Shown here: positions 51,643-64,000 of the stretch, piece by piece
Layout: each line of letters begins with the position of its first letter
Numbering within the stretch: the first letter of the stretch is position 1
Source of the DNA: Camelus dromedarius
Lineage: Eukaryota
Length of the DNA stretch: 64,000 nucleotides
Reading direction: 5' to 3'
NCBI RefSeq assembly: GCF_036321535.1
Contig: NC_087436.1
Location: 107,138,001 to 107,202,000, forward strand
The notes under the pieces: generated by a model
What the model was told of the DNA's origin: nothing
Database searches by the model: none
Seen by the model: the letters and a program-made list of their open reading frames with translations, nothing else
Made by a program: the position numbers and the translations under genes

Positions 51643-53194
51643 TAAGGATGTATAGTCTAGATGCGCAATTTCTTAGCCATGGAGATCAAGGTTGAACTTA
51701 AATATCTGGTTATCATAGTGAGACACAAATTTAAATGTGAAAATGAGATGCATTCTGAGGTAACTGAGGCAACGGTGTTGATGATGGGTAAAGGGACATG
51801 TTCTGGTCATGTGCTATGGACATGATAAAAGTTAGCTCATCTGTTTCTTCCAACTCTTTGAAGATTTGCAGAAGAACATGAGGATGTTTTATTCCATTTT
51901 TACTCCCCGGTAAATCAGACACTTAGGGTCAGCAAACTCTGTAGTTAAAAGAACTATCTCAGTTTCAAACATGTATCATTTGCTCCATCAACCACTTACT
52001 CTCAACTTGGAGGTAATGAGGTACAGTGAGGGAGTTACATCAAGATCATATGGGGACAATAACACACTCCTCTGAACCCCCAAGATTTTGATGTCCGTAA
52101 GTGTTCCCCTTCTCCACCACTGAGAAACATTGCCTTAGTAAATTGCTGTTACTAAAGGTAGTTTGAAATATTCTTCAGGTAAGTTCTGCAGATAAGTTGA
52201 GAACCATTTCAATACCTTCATCAGTAAATGGTCCCTGAAGATCTTATATTTCAGAGACATGGGCTACATATCTAAGACTGCTCCTTATGACTAGAAATAG
52301 GAGAAAAACCTTTTTCAGACCGTATTATGCTCCCTATGTTTCCCTGAGTAGAACCCATCTCTCCAATTGTATCTGTCTTTCCATTCTGTCTAAAGTAAAT
52401 TTTTTTGGTGTCCCAGGGACATGTTCTGGAGGACATCTCAACATGCCCTCCACCCTGAGATATCTATAATTCTGTAATATAATCAGAATAGAAACCATCA
52501 TTAATACCTGTCAAGTAACAGAACCCAAATATCTCAAAACTTAAAAGAATCCTATTATAGCCTTCCCAGTACTTCTCAAATGAGAAGAAATGACCTTATC
52601 TGGGGAATTATTTTCAGCTGCAATTTTTAGCCACTATAAACCAGACTGAAAACCCAGAGCAGTTGGATAAAGATCCTTAATTTACATTTATAAAAATATA
52701 CTTAAATCTCTTCACACATGTGTATGTATTTATTGCGTACAACTTTAAGCCTGATAACAGAAGGCTTAAAGAACACTAGCAGTAGGGAAGAGTTGTAAGT
52801 GGGAAAATGTTGCATTAGTCTGGTTCTTTAATTACAAGCTGTTTGCACTGTGGGTTGCTTATCGATGTATTTTTGTTTGTGTATATACAGGTTGATCCTG
52901 GATATTTGCAAATAAGCTTGTGAATAGGAATAGTGAAAAAAAAAAAAAAAAGGTTTCATTCTTCCTCCTAAAGGGAGTCTCATGATTTGATCCTTTTCCC
53001 CAAATCCCAGAGACGTCAAATTTCAGGGTTAGAGAGGAGGTTATGCAATCTAATTACTCACTCAATTATTTTTCCTACAGTGTGCTTGACAAATAGTCAT
53101 TCAACCCCCATCCAAATGCCTTGGGTCAAAGGGAATTTCTGGAATCGTCCATGCATTTGCAGCAGATAAGTAACATTTCAGCTCTGCATCTTGC

Positions 53195-53575
53195 ATTTCC
53201 TCTTCTTCTGAAGGAAGCACCTTGGTTTCCCTTTGAGGAATTGTTCTTCCTTGTTTAATGCTGTCTTACTGGTACCATCAGTCGAGGCATCCTCTTCTCT
53301 GTTAGCCAAGGACTGCTCACGTGATCCAAGCTATGACAATTCAAATTTATCTCACAGGGATCTAAATTCTGAGTGTAAGGGGATAAGAGAGGAAAAGAGC
53401 TGGGACTAATTCATCCTAATGGCAGTACCTTTAAGACCCTGGTTTCCTGAAAGAACAGATTCTTCAACTTAAATTTCAGATCTGTGGGCACTCAATATTT
53501 TCTCATAAATTTGATTTTTGCCTCAAACTGGGTAAAGTCAATTTATAATATTTTCAACCAAAAAACATTATTTGC
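53195..53575 (+). mobile_element. Very old MLT1 LTR
   Basis: gtttccctttgaggaa..cacgtgatccaagct..aaactgggtaaagtcaattt..caaccaaaa. Confidence 0.55.
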
Positions 53576-54509
53576 TGCCTGCTGGTCTTGTATTTATCCA
53601 TCTGGAGAAGGTTAGATGGGCATACTCCCTCTTGAATATCACAGTCCCTCGTACGTGTGACCATTTAGCATGTTCCTCAATCATTTTTATTTCTTTATAT
53701 GACTTTTTAAGAGGCCAGCTCACCTTTCCCAACTTCTACTATGTGTCATAAGTTTCCTTTTCCTCCCTCATCCTCCATTTCCTCCCCCACTGTCAGATAT
53801 TCCGGAGAATATCTGAAATACTGGCAGCAAATGCTTGCCCAGTTTTTATTCTAGCACTTTTGTAATGGTTGGTTGCAGTTGTGCAGGAAGCACTGTAAAA
53901 CTATAAATACAATAACAATGAGTTGACGTACGATGAGTGAAAGCTAGAATTCCCCAGGAACAAAATGTCCCCTTCTGCACATCCTTTTCTTCACCTTTGG
54001 TGACTGGGATATCTCAAGCCTCTTTGATGTGGCTTACACTTTGACTTTCATTGTATACGATGTGGTGTTTCTGGTCACCATCATCTTTGGGATTTCAGTC
54101 ATTGGCATTACTTTCTAAGACCCACAGAAAATGTTTCCAATTCTGGCAGAAATTCAGTTGTATGTTTGAAGACCCGAATTCCTTTGAAAATAACTTCTTT
54201 TTTTACATGACACGATTGGCTTTTTCACTTTACATATAACCTTCTCATTCTTACTCTTAGAACAAGGCAAAGAGTAGCTTCCAGCTTCCCTTGGGGTCTC
54301 TGTTCCCAGTCCATCTGCAGACCTTTTCTATGGTACGTCCTATGAAGGGGTGAGCCTCCGTCCCCTATGTGGAAGCAGCTCAGTACTAGATAACTTGCTA
54401 ACTTAGTGTGACCTGGTTCCAGCTGGGTTTCAGCATGATCTCAAGTTCTTTCACCTTCCTACTTGATCTTCTCTAAACACACTCTGGCTGGCCTGTTCCA
54501 CTCAATTCC

Positions 54510-54960
54510 ATAAATCTGGACTGGGTCCCTACCAGATGCCAGGATCTCTGAAAACAAAATAGAGTGGACATGGATCTGGCCCTGCAGGGCAGACGGCACA
54601 TAAGCAATATGGCAGTGAAAAGGTATGAATGTAGTAGGACAACTGAGCCTGCATTAGATGGCAGAGATTAAATCTGGTGAGCGTGGGGTGGGGAAAAGTG
54701 TCATAGAAGAGGTGACCTTGAGCTGGCTTGGAAAGATAAATAGGAATACACTAGGCAGACAAGGGATCATGCCATGCACTTAAATGTGAATGTGTCACTC
54801 CAGGTGTGCAGAGAAAGGGGAATGATCACTTCTTCTATTCTCTATAATTGCAGCCTAGGATCATATTAGTCTTTTTGGCAGCCACCATACACAGGTGGCT
54901 CATGGAGGGCTAAAGCCACTGTCTTTCTTGCATTATTTTGCCCCATCAACCTTCATCGTT
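54510..54960 (-). mobile_element. L2 fragment followed by an L3/CR1 fragment
   Basis: tagaagaggtgaccttgagctgg; tgcagcctaggatcatattagtctttttggcagccacc (antisense CR1). Confidence 0.65.
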
Positions 54961-56109
54961 CATGCCAGCAAGTCATTATTCTTTATCAAGAAAGCAAAAC
55001 AAACCATGAGCTCCTTCGTCTGTCCCTCCTTGATTACTGCTCTTTGGTTCTGGAAAAGGCAGCCTTGTCTCTTCCACACTCAGCATGAGAATCCCTCCAC
55101 CTTTCATGGTTTTTTCTCTTCTCCTCCTTCAGAGATGACATTCTCCAAGCTTTGCAGGAGGCAAAAATCATCTTTGGACAAGTTTTACAGAGAGTTAGAT
55201 GCAGTTTCTACACAGCTGCTGTCCAGTGTTCTCTAAAACCAATCAAAGGAAAAGAAACCAAAAACATGTTTGCAAAAATCAAATTAAAGCCGAGCTCTGA
55301 TGGAGTCACAGCTATCTACGCCCATACGGGCTGCCTGCCAAGAATGTTTTTAATGTAATAATCGCTCATCCATAGACCCATAATAATTGATATTTGCAAT
55401 TCGATAATGCTTCTTAACAATTTTTTATTTGTTTCCAATCACCCTGCTTCCCTCCTCACCTCATCCGCCCAACAACCCCCTGTGTCAGCACATTCATGGC
55501 TCTTAATGACCCTCTCAGCAGCTACTGATCAAAGTCAAATTTTAATTACGAGGCTAATTTTGGAAGTTTGATTCCTTTTAATATGAACTTTTAGAAGGGA
55601 GTCAAATGTGTGCTTGCAACAACTCACAGGAAACACATCAAGCACCAGGACTATTTAATTGGAGGTGAACAACTAGTTTGGAGCCGCATGCTTCCTCCCA
55701 GTTTGTATCTACCAGGTGATGACACCTATAGGGTATAAAACACATCACTAATGACTGCAGCCTGGCCTGGGAGATGGGGAGACTGGAAACAAGATGCCAC
55801 GGTGTGACCACCAAACTTTACTTTCATCGTCTGAGAATGGCTGTGTTTTCTCTAGTACTGTTTTCTTTTCACAGTTCGGTCTGAGCCCCTACTTCAAGAC
55901 TTCTCTGCAACCTCTGCACTGTTACCATTATTCTTCAAGAATGTCTTACTTCTGCCTTTGGGAATCCTAACCATTCTTACAAGACCACCTCAAAAACTCC
56001 ATCTTCTGTGTGGCTTTTTTTGAGCCTTCCCAATCAAAAGGCTCTCCCTCCGGAAATCTCAGAGCACTTACTTTCATCATTAATTTCAAATAGTGATCAC
56101 AATGATAGC

Positions 56110-56330
56110 CAGCAGGCATTGAGTGCAAGCTATGCTGGTGCAGAGGAAACATTATCTTACTTTACTCTCCCGATAGTTCTATTGTGTACTATTTTCATCC
56201 CCATTCTATAGATGAGGAAACTGAGTCTCAGATATGTTAAAATATGTTCAAAGTTAAGTAACCTTTTAGTGGTAGGGTGAGAATTTGAATGCCAGGTCTA
56301 TCATAGCAAACCACAAGGATTTAAATTCCT
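56110..56330 (-). mobile_element. MIR
   Basis: atccccattctatagatgaggaaactgagtctcaga core. Confidence 0.85.
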
Positions 56331-57444
56331 CCTCCATGCACAAAAATAATCTCAATTAGACTGTAAGCTTGTATAAGAAGGAAATCATATCTCATATTTC
56401 TTTAATATTCTAATATTCACAAAGTTGTCATTTAATAAATATTTTTGGACTGGATGACTCCCTCTTAGAACAAATGCAAGTATATTTAGACACTTGCTCA
56501 TGAGGGGGAATAAGTGATTTTTTAAAAATTGTTTCTCTGCTTCACAACAGCTTCTTTAGAAAGGTGGTACTTTAAAAAGACAAGTAAGGTGATGGCTATA
56601 GAGCACGACAGCAAACCTTTAATGGAAAGATAAAAGCACAGATTTGTGCATCAATAGTGTCCTTATTAGACAGCAACTATTAAGTACCTCACATGTGGGA
56701 AATACCATGCTAGGTGCTGCAGAGGACCTGAAGATGAAAATAATTGTTCTCACCATCAAAGTAGCTTACAGTCTAGTTTAAGGGCAAACCAAAAACAACA
56801 ACAGCAGCAGCAAAACAATACTTGCTTGTGTTGATCCTGATCGCCTTCTGAAAAGGTTAGGTAGTGGTAACAAACAGAGTTTTTGTTCTAGAAAGCATTC
56901 AGATGAATAAGTGTGTGCTTTTGGAGTAGGAGCCAGAGGGACAACTTGATTTTTGTGAATAACAGAAGGAGAAAAATTCCAAATAGACTCTGGACTGAAG
57001 AGAGAGGAAGGCAAGAGAGAGAAACTGTCAGTAGCAATGTTTCAGGAGAAAAAAAAAAAGGTAAGCTGTGAATTGTAACTTGTTTGCTGTTGGGTACACA
57101 GTGTACAGCTCTCCACTGTGAAATCTTCAGTAAGGTCTACACTGATCACTCATAATTTTATATAAGTGAACTTTTCTGGGATATAAAAACATGCTTAATT
57201 TTATATCTGTGTCAAAGCATTGCAGTCTGGGAACGGCATGAAGGCTGCAAGGGGGAACAGAAAAGACCAGTTTTCACTGGAGGATCACAAGATCTGCTCC
57301 CTACCCCTCCCCACTTCTCTGGGTGGAAGTACCCTCACTTACTCTCTTCTCCTTGGCTGCCTGCTTCTTTATCACAGAGGCTGTGATAACCCTGACCCTG
57401 GACCCCATTGTTTTGGTAGAATTCCTTTTTAGCCTGTTGGGCCC

Positions 57445-57878
57445 TGTACTGAGCTGAATATTGTCCTCCAAGTATTCATATTAACCCTGAACCTCAGAAT
57501 TTGACCTTATTTGGAAACAGGGGTTTTGCAAATACAGTCAAGAAAAAATGAGGTCATAATAGATTAGGGTGGGCCCTAATCCAATCACTGATGTCCTTAT
57601 AAGAAGAGAGAGATTTGGGCAAAGACTTTCAAGGGAGAGCTCTGTGTATGAATGGAGGCAAAGACTGAAGTGACGTGTCTGCAAACCAAGCAAGGCCAAG
57701 ATTTCCAGCAACCATCAGGAGCTAGGAGAAAGGCACAGAACGAATTCTCCCTCAGCACTTCCAGAAGGAACCAGCCCAGCCAACACCTTGATTTGAGCCT
57801 TCTGACTTCCAGAACGTGAGCGAATACATTCCTATTGTTGTGAGCCACCCACTTACAGCAGCCCTAGGAAAGTACGGA
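57445..57878 (+). mobile_element. MLT1B/C-like solo LTR
   Basis: tgtactgagctgaat..gaccttatttggaaa..gattagggtgggccctaatccaat..tccttataagaagag..agaaggaaccagcccagccaacaccttgattt..acagcagccctaggaaa. Confidence 0.92.
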
Positions 57879-58440
57879 CTCTTATTTTCCTGACTAAGGC
57901 TCTGGCACCCCCTAGACTCAGTGACACAATCCTCCTCTGTCCCAGGCCTCACAACCCAAGTCTAGCCAGATCTACCCTGGGAAGCCAGAAGATTCAGTTT
58001 AGATCCCGACAGAACGTATTTAGGTTTCCCTAAGATCCTGACATGGAAAACCATGAGACATATTTTTTCCATCACAACCCTTCCTGATTCTCTATACAGT
58101 AATAGCTCAGGCCTCTTCAGAGGTCTAGGGCTCCCGAGTGATAAAACCACTACAGGAACTCAATCTCTAAGTCATGTTAGGTGACACTAAGTACACCGTG
58201 GCAAACTCCATTTGTACCTGAAGACACAGATGATTGGACTGTCACTGTCCAGCAACTCATAGGGCTCACTCCATACACTGCTGACAATAACCACACACCT
58301 GCCTAGAGCTGGGGTGTGGCTCTGCCACGTGGGCATTTCCTTAAATGACTTGTTCCAAAGATTGTTACATGAGATGAGCACAAGACAAATACTACGTTGC
58401 TCTGATAAATGACTCCATTCCACCCTCTGACAAATGTTTT

Positions 58441-58567
58441 GGGGGGGAGGGGTGGCAGGGGTAATTAGATTTATTTGTTTATTTTTAGAGAAGGTACTGG
58501 GGTTTGAACCCAGGACCTTGTGCATGATAAGCACGTGTTCTACCACTGAGCTATGCCCCTCCCCCCC
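58441..58567 (-). mobile_element. Young tRNA-derived SINE (camelid type)
   Basis: Antisense A and B boxes (ctaccactgagcta; gtttgaaccc); same family as 42611; TSD gacaaat(g/a)tttt at 58429-58440 and 58568-58579. Confidence 0.93.
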
Positions 58568-58620
58568 GACAAATATTTTAAATGCATATTATTAAACACA
58601 GTATTGGGAACTTAATTCTT

Positions 58621-58899
58621 TTTTTTTTTAATTTTATTGAAATATGGTTGACTTACAGTGTCAGTTACAGGTGCACAGCAAAGTGATTCAGTTATACATA
58701 CATGTGTATTTTTTTCTTTTCAGATTCTTTTCCACTATATGTCATTACAAGAAATTGAATATAGCTCCCTGTGCTATATAGCAGGTCCTTGTTGTTTATC
58801 TATTTTATATACAGTAATATGCATCTGTTAATCCCCAACCCTAATTTATTCCTCCCCACCCTTTCCCCTTTGGTAATCCTGTTTTGTTTTCTATGGTGG
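58621..58899 (-). mobile_element. Cetartiodactyl-type L1 3' end
   Basis: Poly-T head, cagcaaagtgattcagttatacata, ccctgtgctatatagcaggtccttg; TSD acttaattctt at 58610-58620 and 58900-58910. Confidence 0.9.
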
Positions 58900-61106
58900 A
58901 CTTAATTCTTAAAATATAATGAAAGACACAGGACTCAAGGTATGGTTGAGAAGGAAGAGACACAAATACTCATTTACGATGCATGGGGAAATATGGTGTG
59001 GGTTCTGGAAATTCTTGGACTTCAATAAAATTTCACATATTCAGGAATGAGCTGAAGACCCTTTTTACACCAATGTGGATCCTCAGATTTAATTGTTTAT
59101 TTGGGGGGTGAGTCTAGCTAACTGCCCAACGGTAGCCTCTCAGCACAGGTCTGCTGTTCTCTATTCATGTTGTGTACATAGTTACTCCAGTGAGTAATAA
59201 AACCTTTGTTTCTTTGAGACAAATGATCCTCAAGTGAGAGATAAAACTTTAGCGTGAGCTGAAAAGGCATGTAACTCTTGCCTTGTGCTTCTAAAGACAA
59301 CGAAACACCTACGGGCATGGAATTTAAGAGAAAACTAGTCATCTATTCAAATGTAGTCACTGTAGAATCTGGAGATTTTAGAAGATGACATGATGGGTCA
59401 CAGATAAATGACAAAATTTCACTTTAGTGAAAATGAGAAAGAGGGAGACAGAGAAAGGGACTCTTTGAGCACAATTAAGTGATGAAGGTCTTATGCTATT
59501 TTGTTTCGGGGTAAGAAGTTTGTAAAAAGGTTGGAAGAGAATCTCCATCCTCCTGTCCTTATATTCCCATGAGAAAAATTCAATTTGAGTAAAAATGCTG
59601 GTCTCTCTTCACTGTTCTTATGGGTCCTCCAGAAGAAGGTCAGATAGGGAATTCAGAAAAGTAGGCACAGACACTCGGCAAGTGTGGCTTAGCTCTTTCT
59701 GTCTTCTTTTTCAGAACTGTCTTTCTTTAAGACGCATTTATGTAAAGAAACCTGCCCTTGGTGAGGAGAGCAGGACAGCAACTGCTGCCTTTACCTTCCA
59801 CTCACTGGTTTAGTGTAATCCCATGAAAGCAAGTCTTAGAAACTCAGACACCCAAGCTGCACCTCCATGAGCCTGATCGACACAAAGCTGATCTTGTGCT
59901 CACAAGTTATCTAACTCCTGCGTTCCCTTCTCAGTTGACTCCAAACTCAGGAAGGAAAATATTAGGTGTAGTTTAGCAATCCGTCAGGCAGCCACTCCTG
60001 ACTGACTCACGTCTGCACTGTGCACTGGGACTGTTCCACGCCTCTTCCCATCTCCTTAACTCTGCAACCCTCCCTGCCAGCCTTCCATCATGGAAAATGT
60101 TTAGGCTATTTTTAGTGCTGGGGAGCTGTGTCCAACCGCATGGGCTTCCCTCTTCCAGTGATCATGGTGGCATGTCATGAATGTGGCGGTTTTCATTCTG
60201 CCTTGAGTTGTAATTTTTCAAGTATCTATTTTTTCTGCCCTGCTGAACTCTACCCACACACAACCATGCCATCTGCTCCAACCCTGTCCCCTTCTTCACC
60301 CGACTAAGCTTCAAGTTCAGGGATAATGGGAACTCAAATCAGCTTCACGGTTCCTAGGGCTCCTGCAGCAGGTTTGTTGAAAGGGCGTCCATTTGGAATG
60401 TATGTCTCACTTCATTAACAATCCTTTCTCTGACATCCCAGTCTCCTGCTTCACCTATTTCAAGGTATGAGTATCTTTACAAATCCAATTTACTACCCTT
60501 GGGGTTCTTTTCTACTGGTCAGTTGGGACCATCTCAATCCATCAGAGAGATTTTAGCTGCAAGCTATTCTTCTAGGAGATACCTTGGCCCCTGTGCAAAT
60601 TTGCCTGCCCCACGCTTGTTGGATCAACTCTGCATTAGGAGGGGATAGCCTGGTCAGGACTCACAATTTTCAGTCCCACGCTAACGTGCCCACACTCATC
60701 TGACAGCTGCAGAACTGAGTAAGTCTTCCCTGAAAATATAATGATGCTGTAAGCCCACTGGCTGGGTCCCCCTAACAGAGCAATTCCCAGCCCCTAGAGA
60801 TACAACTTAAGGTAAGTGAAATAAGATAAATTTCACCTCACCAGGCACCTCACTAAAGTTCCTTATGTGCAGAAAATATGTGTATGTACTGTCTATTTGT
60901 TTGCCAATGCAGAGTTTAGAATTTTGATTTCATAAAAATGCCTTTAGGAAGGACGTCTACACTCCTGTTCTCCACAGGGGCATCCTAAACATGGAAGCTT
61001 AGCTTTCTGCCTGGACTCTGTAGAAGTTTGAGTTTGAGGATTCTGCTGTGTAAGTCCACATGATTGATTAGTTACACCCTTGGGGGTGTGGGGATGAAGA
61101 CAGATG

Positions 61107-61126
61107 GACAGACAGACAGACAGACA

Positions 61127-61159
<33 letters not shown>
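61107..61159. repeat. (GACA)6(CA)n compound microsatellite
   Basis: Read directly. Confidence 0.95.
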
Positions 61160-61162
<3 letters not shown>

Positions 61163-61675
61163 AGACCATATGAGCTGAGAGGGAGCATAACCTTCCCGAT
61201 ACTTGTATGTTTCTGCTGTTGATCCTGGGGCTCTTTTTTAGCTTCTTGTCCTCTGAACAGCCACAGGTAAGGGGATGGAAACTGAAGTCGTCTACATACA
61301 AAAAGAAGACAGCACTGCAAACACCCATAGGACTAAGGCTTTTCCCATGATCAGATTGCCTGTTGGCTCGTTAAAAAATCCACTCCATGGGATGAATTGA
61401 TATAAGTCACCCATTATCCTGTTGGTGGGCACGAGGGCCATCTGCAAGGGATAAGTGGTCTGAGGGGTGATGAATGGCAGCCAGGCTCCCACCACCACCA
61501 CCTCCTTCTTCAGTGGAGGAAGCCCTGTTTTCATCTGTTTTACATATTGGTGGTCTCACTAGAAGAAAATGAAGCAGATGAGAAAACCACTGGGATAAGT
61601 TAAAATAATTTTTAAGATGTACTCTCCTTAGAGAACTTCACACTTCATTTATTTTGCTTAAGAGAAATTTAAGAG

Positions 61676-61857
61676 TAGTGGTCCTCAACCTTAGATATGC
61701 ATTAAAATCATCTGGGGAGATTTTAAAAAATACTGATGCTTGGGTTCAACCTCCAGAGATTCTGATTTATAACTAATCTAGGGTGTGACCTGAGCACTGA
61801 GTTTTTTTTTTAAACTCCCAGCAGATTCCAACGTGCAGTCAGGGTTGAGAACCCCTG
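61676..61857. mobile_element. MER5A-type hAT-Charlie MITE
   Basis: TIRs tagtggtcctcaacc / ggttgagaacccctg; ccagagattctgattt core. Confidence 0.9.
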
Positions 61858-62399
61858 CAGGAGAAGGACAGATTTTGGAATCATGGAGATAGGGTGAACT
61901 CCTGATTCCTCTCTAATTGTCCATAATAAAAGCTTATTACACAAACTCTCAGATCTTTCATTTTATGCATTGATATATTTACATATGTGTGTGTTATTGT
62001 TCACTTACACTCTTTTTGTCCTCAAAATAGCTTCACATGCCTTAAAGAAATGCATGTAGTCCAGCCAGGAATTTTGGGAAAAGAAAAATGAAGCAAGAGT
62101 TGAATATCCCTTAATGGTTGTCAGATAGACCTCTACACTTCCTCGTGCTTCTTAGCAGTGAGCATAAGAAGGACAAACAACCATTTGCAGAATCTCCAGC
62201 TCTCATAAGCCACTGACTGCTTGGAGAATCACTAGCAATAGGATTTTGTTCTGGGGTTCTCCAAAGAGATCACTGTGTGATGTGATAAACAAAATCCTTA
62301 AAGCCACAGTGTAAATAATAAAGACCTCTACAGGGTGAGCCTCTGTTTCCTACCTATGCCTATAAAATGGGGACCAAGACAGAGGTTGCTACTACCTAC

Positions 62400-63007
62400 C
62401 ACATAACCAGGATCACCTTGCTCCTTAGCAACAGAACCATGTTTTTGGAGCCAACAATATACCCAATTATGGAGCAGGAAGAGGAAGAGGAGGAGGATAA
62501 AGAAGAGGACTCCCTACCTTCCCCATTTTCTTGCAGATGGTGGTGGCCAGTGGGAGGTAAGTAGAAGTTCTTAAAGACAAGGTTTTCAAGGAAGTCTCTT
62601 TAAGAGGAGCAACCCGAGGCAGGAAACATGCTCTTGTTCTTTTCCTTTTCTGTTTATAAAAAGGACATGATGGCTAGAGTGCAGCAAACATCTCTGGACC
62701 ACAAGGAAAAGTAGAAAGCCTTGCAGAAATCTTGGTCCTCAACAATGAGCCCCTAAACAATACCCAGTGACACGTAGACTCCTGGTGACATACAGTGTTA
62801 ACATTAAGCCTTAAAAAAAAGAAACAATAACACATATTAGTGAGAATCTGGAGAAACTAGAATCCTTATAAATTGTGGATAGGAAGGAAATACAGTACAA
62901 TCACTTTGAAAAATAGTTTGGAAACTTCTTTAAACATTAAATATAAATTTACCATATTGCCCAGCAACTCTATCTCTAAGTGTCTACCAAAAATAAATGA
63001 AAGCATG

Positions 63008-63054
<47 letters not shown>

Positions 63055-63122
63055 ATTAAGCCTTTATTGTTGACAGGTTGGTCATGTCTCACCAACCAGC
63101 CAGCCAAACTGAATTCTCAATA
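62400..63122 (+). mobile_element. Old MLT1 (I/J-like) LTR interrupted by an L1 fragment
   Basis: ccttagcaacagaacc..tgatggctagagtgcagca..gaccacaagg..ttaagcc | ttattgtt..cagccaaa. Confidence 0.6.
62813..63053 (+). mobile_element. L1 late-ORF2 fragment ending in (AC)20, with TSD
   Basis: gagaaactagaatcc..cactttgaaaaatagtttgg..ttaccatattgcccagcaactc; TSD cattaagcctt at 62802-62812 and 63054-63064. Confidence 0.8.
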
Positions 63123-63232
63123 TAGGGGCCATTATATCTTAAAGTCTTGTGAGACTTGAACATAAGCAAAATTTCTGGCATTTCTTAGTGCTAATTATGT
63201 TATTCATCCATTCCATCAGAATTTATTAAATG

Positions 63233-63647
63233 TGGATTCACAGTCCACGGAGATGGAGGGATGACTGTATATACATAAAGGAGAATACTATTCAGCCTCA
63301 AATTCTTCAATGTGCAACAGCACAGATGAACTTGGAGGACATTATGTTAAATGAAATTAGCTGGTTCTGGAAAGACAAATGCTACATGATTCCACTTATA
63401 TGAGGTATCTGAAATAATCAAATTCAAAGAATCAAAGAATGTAATCATGGTCCCTAGGAGCTAGGGGGAGAGGAATATGAAGAATTACTAATCAGTGGGC
63501 ATAAAATTTCAGTCAAGCAAAATGAGTCATTTCCAAACATCTGCTATACAACATTGTACCTACAGTAAACAATAATGTATTGTATAGTCAACATTTGTTA
63601 AAAGGGAAGATCTCACATTGTGTTCTGATCTTAAAATAAAATGAAAT
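63233..63647 (+). mobile_element. L1MB-like 3' end inserted in an antisense L2 tail
   Basis: gatgaacttggaggacattatg..catgattccacttatatgaggtatct..; TSD agaatttat(t/g)aaatg at 63218-63232 and 63648-63662. Confidence 0.88.
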
Positions 63648-64000
63648 AGAATTTATGAAATGCCTCTCTGGACCAGGCATCAGTCTTAGTGCTGGAGAAT
63701 ACAGACAGCCCTGCCTTTACGGGGATTATATTCCACTAACACATGACTTTTGTCTGTCCAAATCTTTCCTGTTTTTATCTCTATATATGTTGTTGACTTT
63801 TTGGCTTATGCAAAATCTGAATTTCACCACTTTTCATGGCACATTTTTAGCATTAGATCCATGATCAAATAGAATTTGCATGTACATAGGTGTGTTTGTT
63901 TTGTGGGTATTGAATATACCTAACCTATACTCTCTGTTCTCAAGAATCATGGATTTTTACTGGAAGAGATAAGACTTGAGTGGATAAAGACCAAAGGACA

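Noticed and set aside
51731..51922. Minus ORF with PG..GI.HP.VL resembling a LINE RT N-terminal motif
   Set aside because: The similarity is too short and is not supported by flanking motifs.
52743..52771. Hairpin ctttaagcct-N9-aggcttaaag
   Set aside because: A 10-bp AT-rich stem with a free loop length is expected by chance in 64 kb.
60420..61272. Splice-like signals (cccag..caag|gtatga near 60465, aag|gtaagt near 60811, cag|gtaagg near 61267)
   Set aside because: No consistent reading frame or exon chain, and such motifs are frequent by chance. A lncRNA cannot be judged without transcript data.
62367..62564. ORF with a poly-Glu tract
   Set aside because: Comes from a (GAG/GAA)n expansion inside an MLT1 LTR.
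1..64000. Host protein-coding gene, or a prokaryote-style novel system (CRISPR, operon, defence island)
   Set aside because: All ORFs are 172 aa or shorter and mostly lie within repeats or low-complexity DNA. There is no recognisable host protein, no CpG island and no repeat-spacer array. Small exons of a large gene cannot be fully excluded without alignment.

Overview
This is AT-rich placental-mammal genomic DNA with no CpG island and no supportable host protein-coding exon. It reads as intergenic or deep-intronic sequence, largely built from decayed interspersed repeats: L1, L2, L3/CR1, MIR, MaLR MLT1 LTRs, a MER34-like LTR and hAT MITEs. Two young ~127-bp tRNA-derived SINEs, young L1 3' ends and the absence of Alu, Bov-A, PRE1 and Can-SINE point to a camelid (inference from recalled consensus sequences). 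The most structured element is a ~3.2-kb, heavily decayed, internally deleted class III (ERVL/HERV-S-like) provirus at ~19.1-22.3 kb, which the ORF track misses. It carries a tRNA-Ser-like PBS, gag, protease, RT tether, integrase core, an env SU remnant with a CxxC motif, a PPT and LTR stubs. Other points of interest are retrotransposition mechanism signatures (twin-priming inversion, short 3' transduction, four-level nesting, a CA-tailed L1 fragment) and several repeat-free candidate regulatory segments. I found no evidence of a new functional biological system. Subfamily names are from memory and need RepeatMasker/Dfam confirmation, and boundaries of old repeats are approximate.
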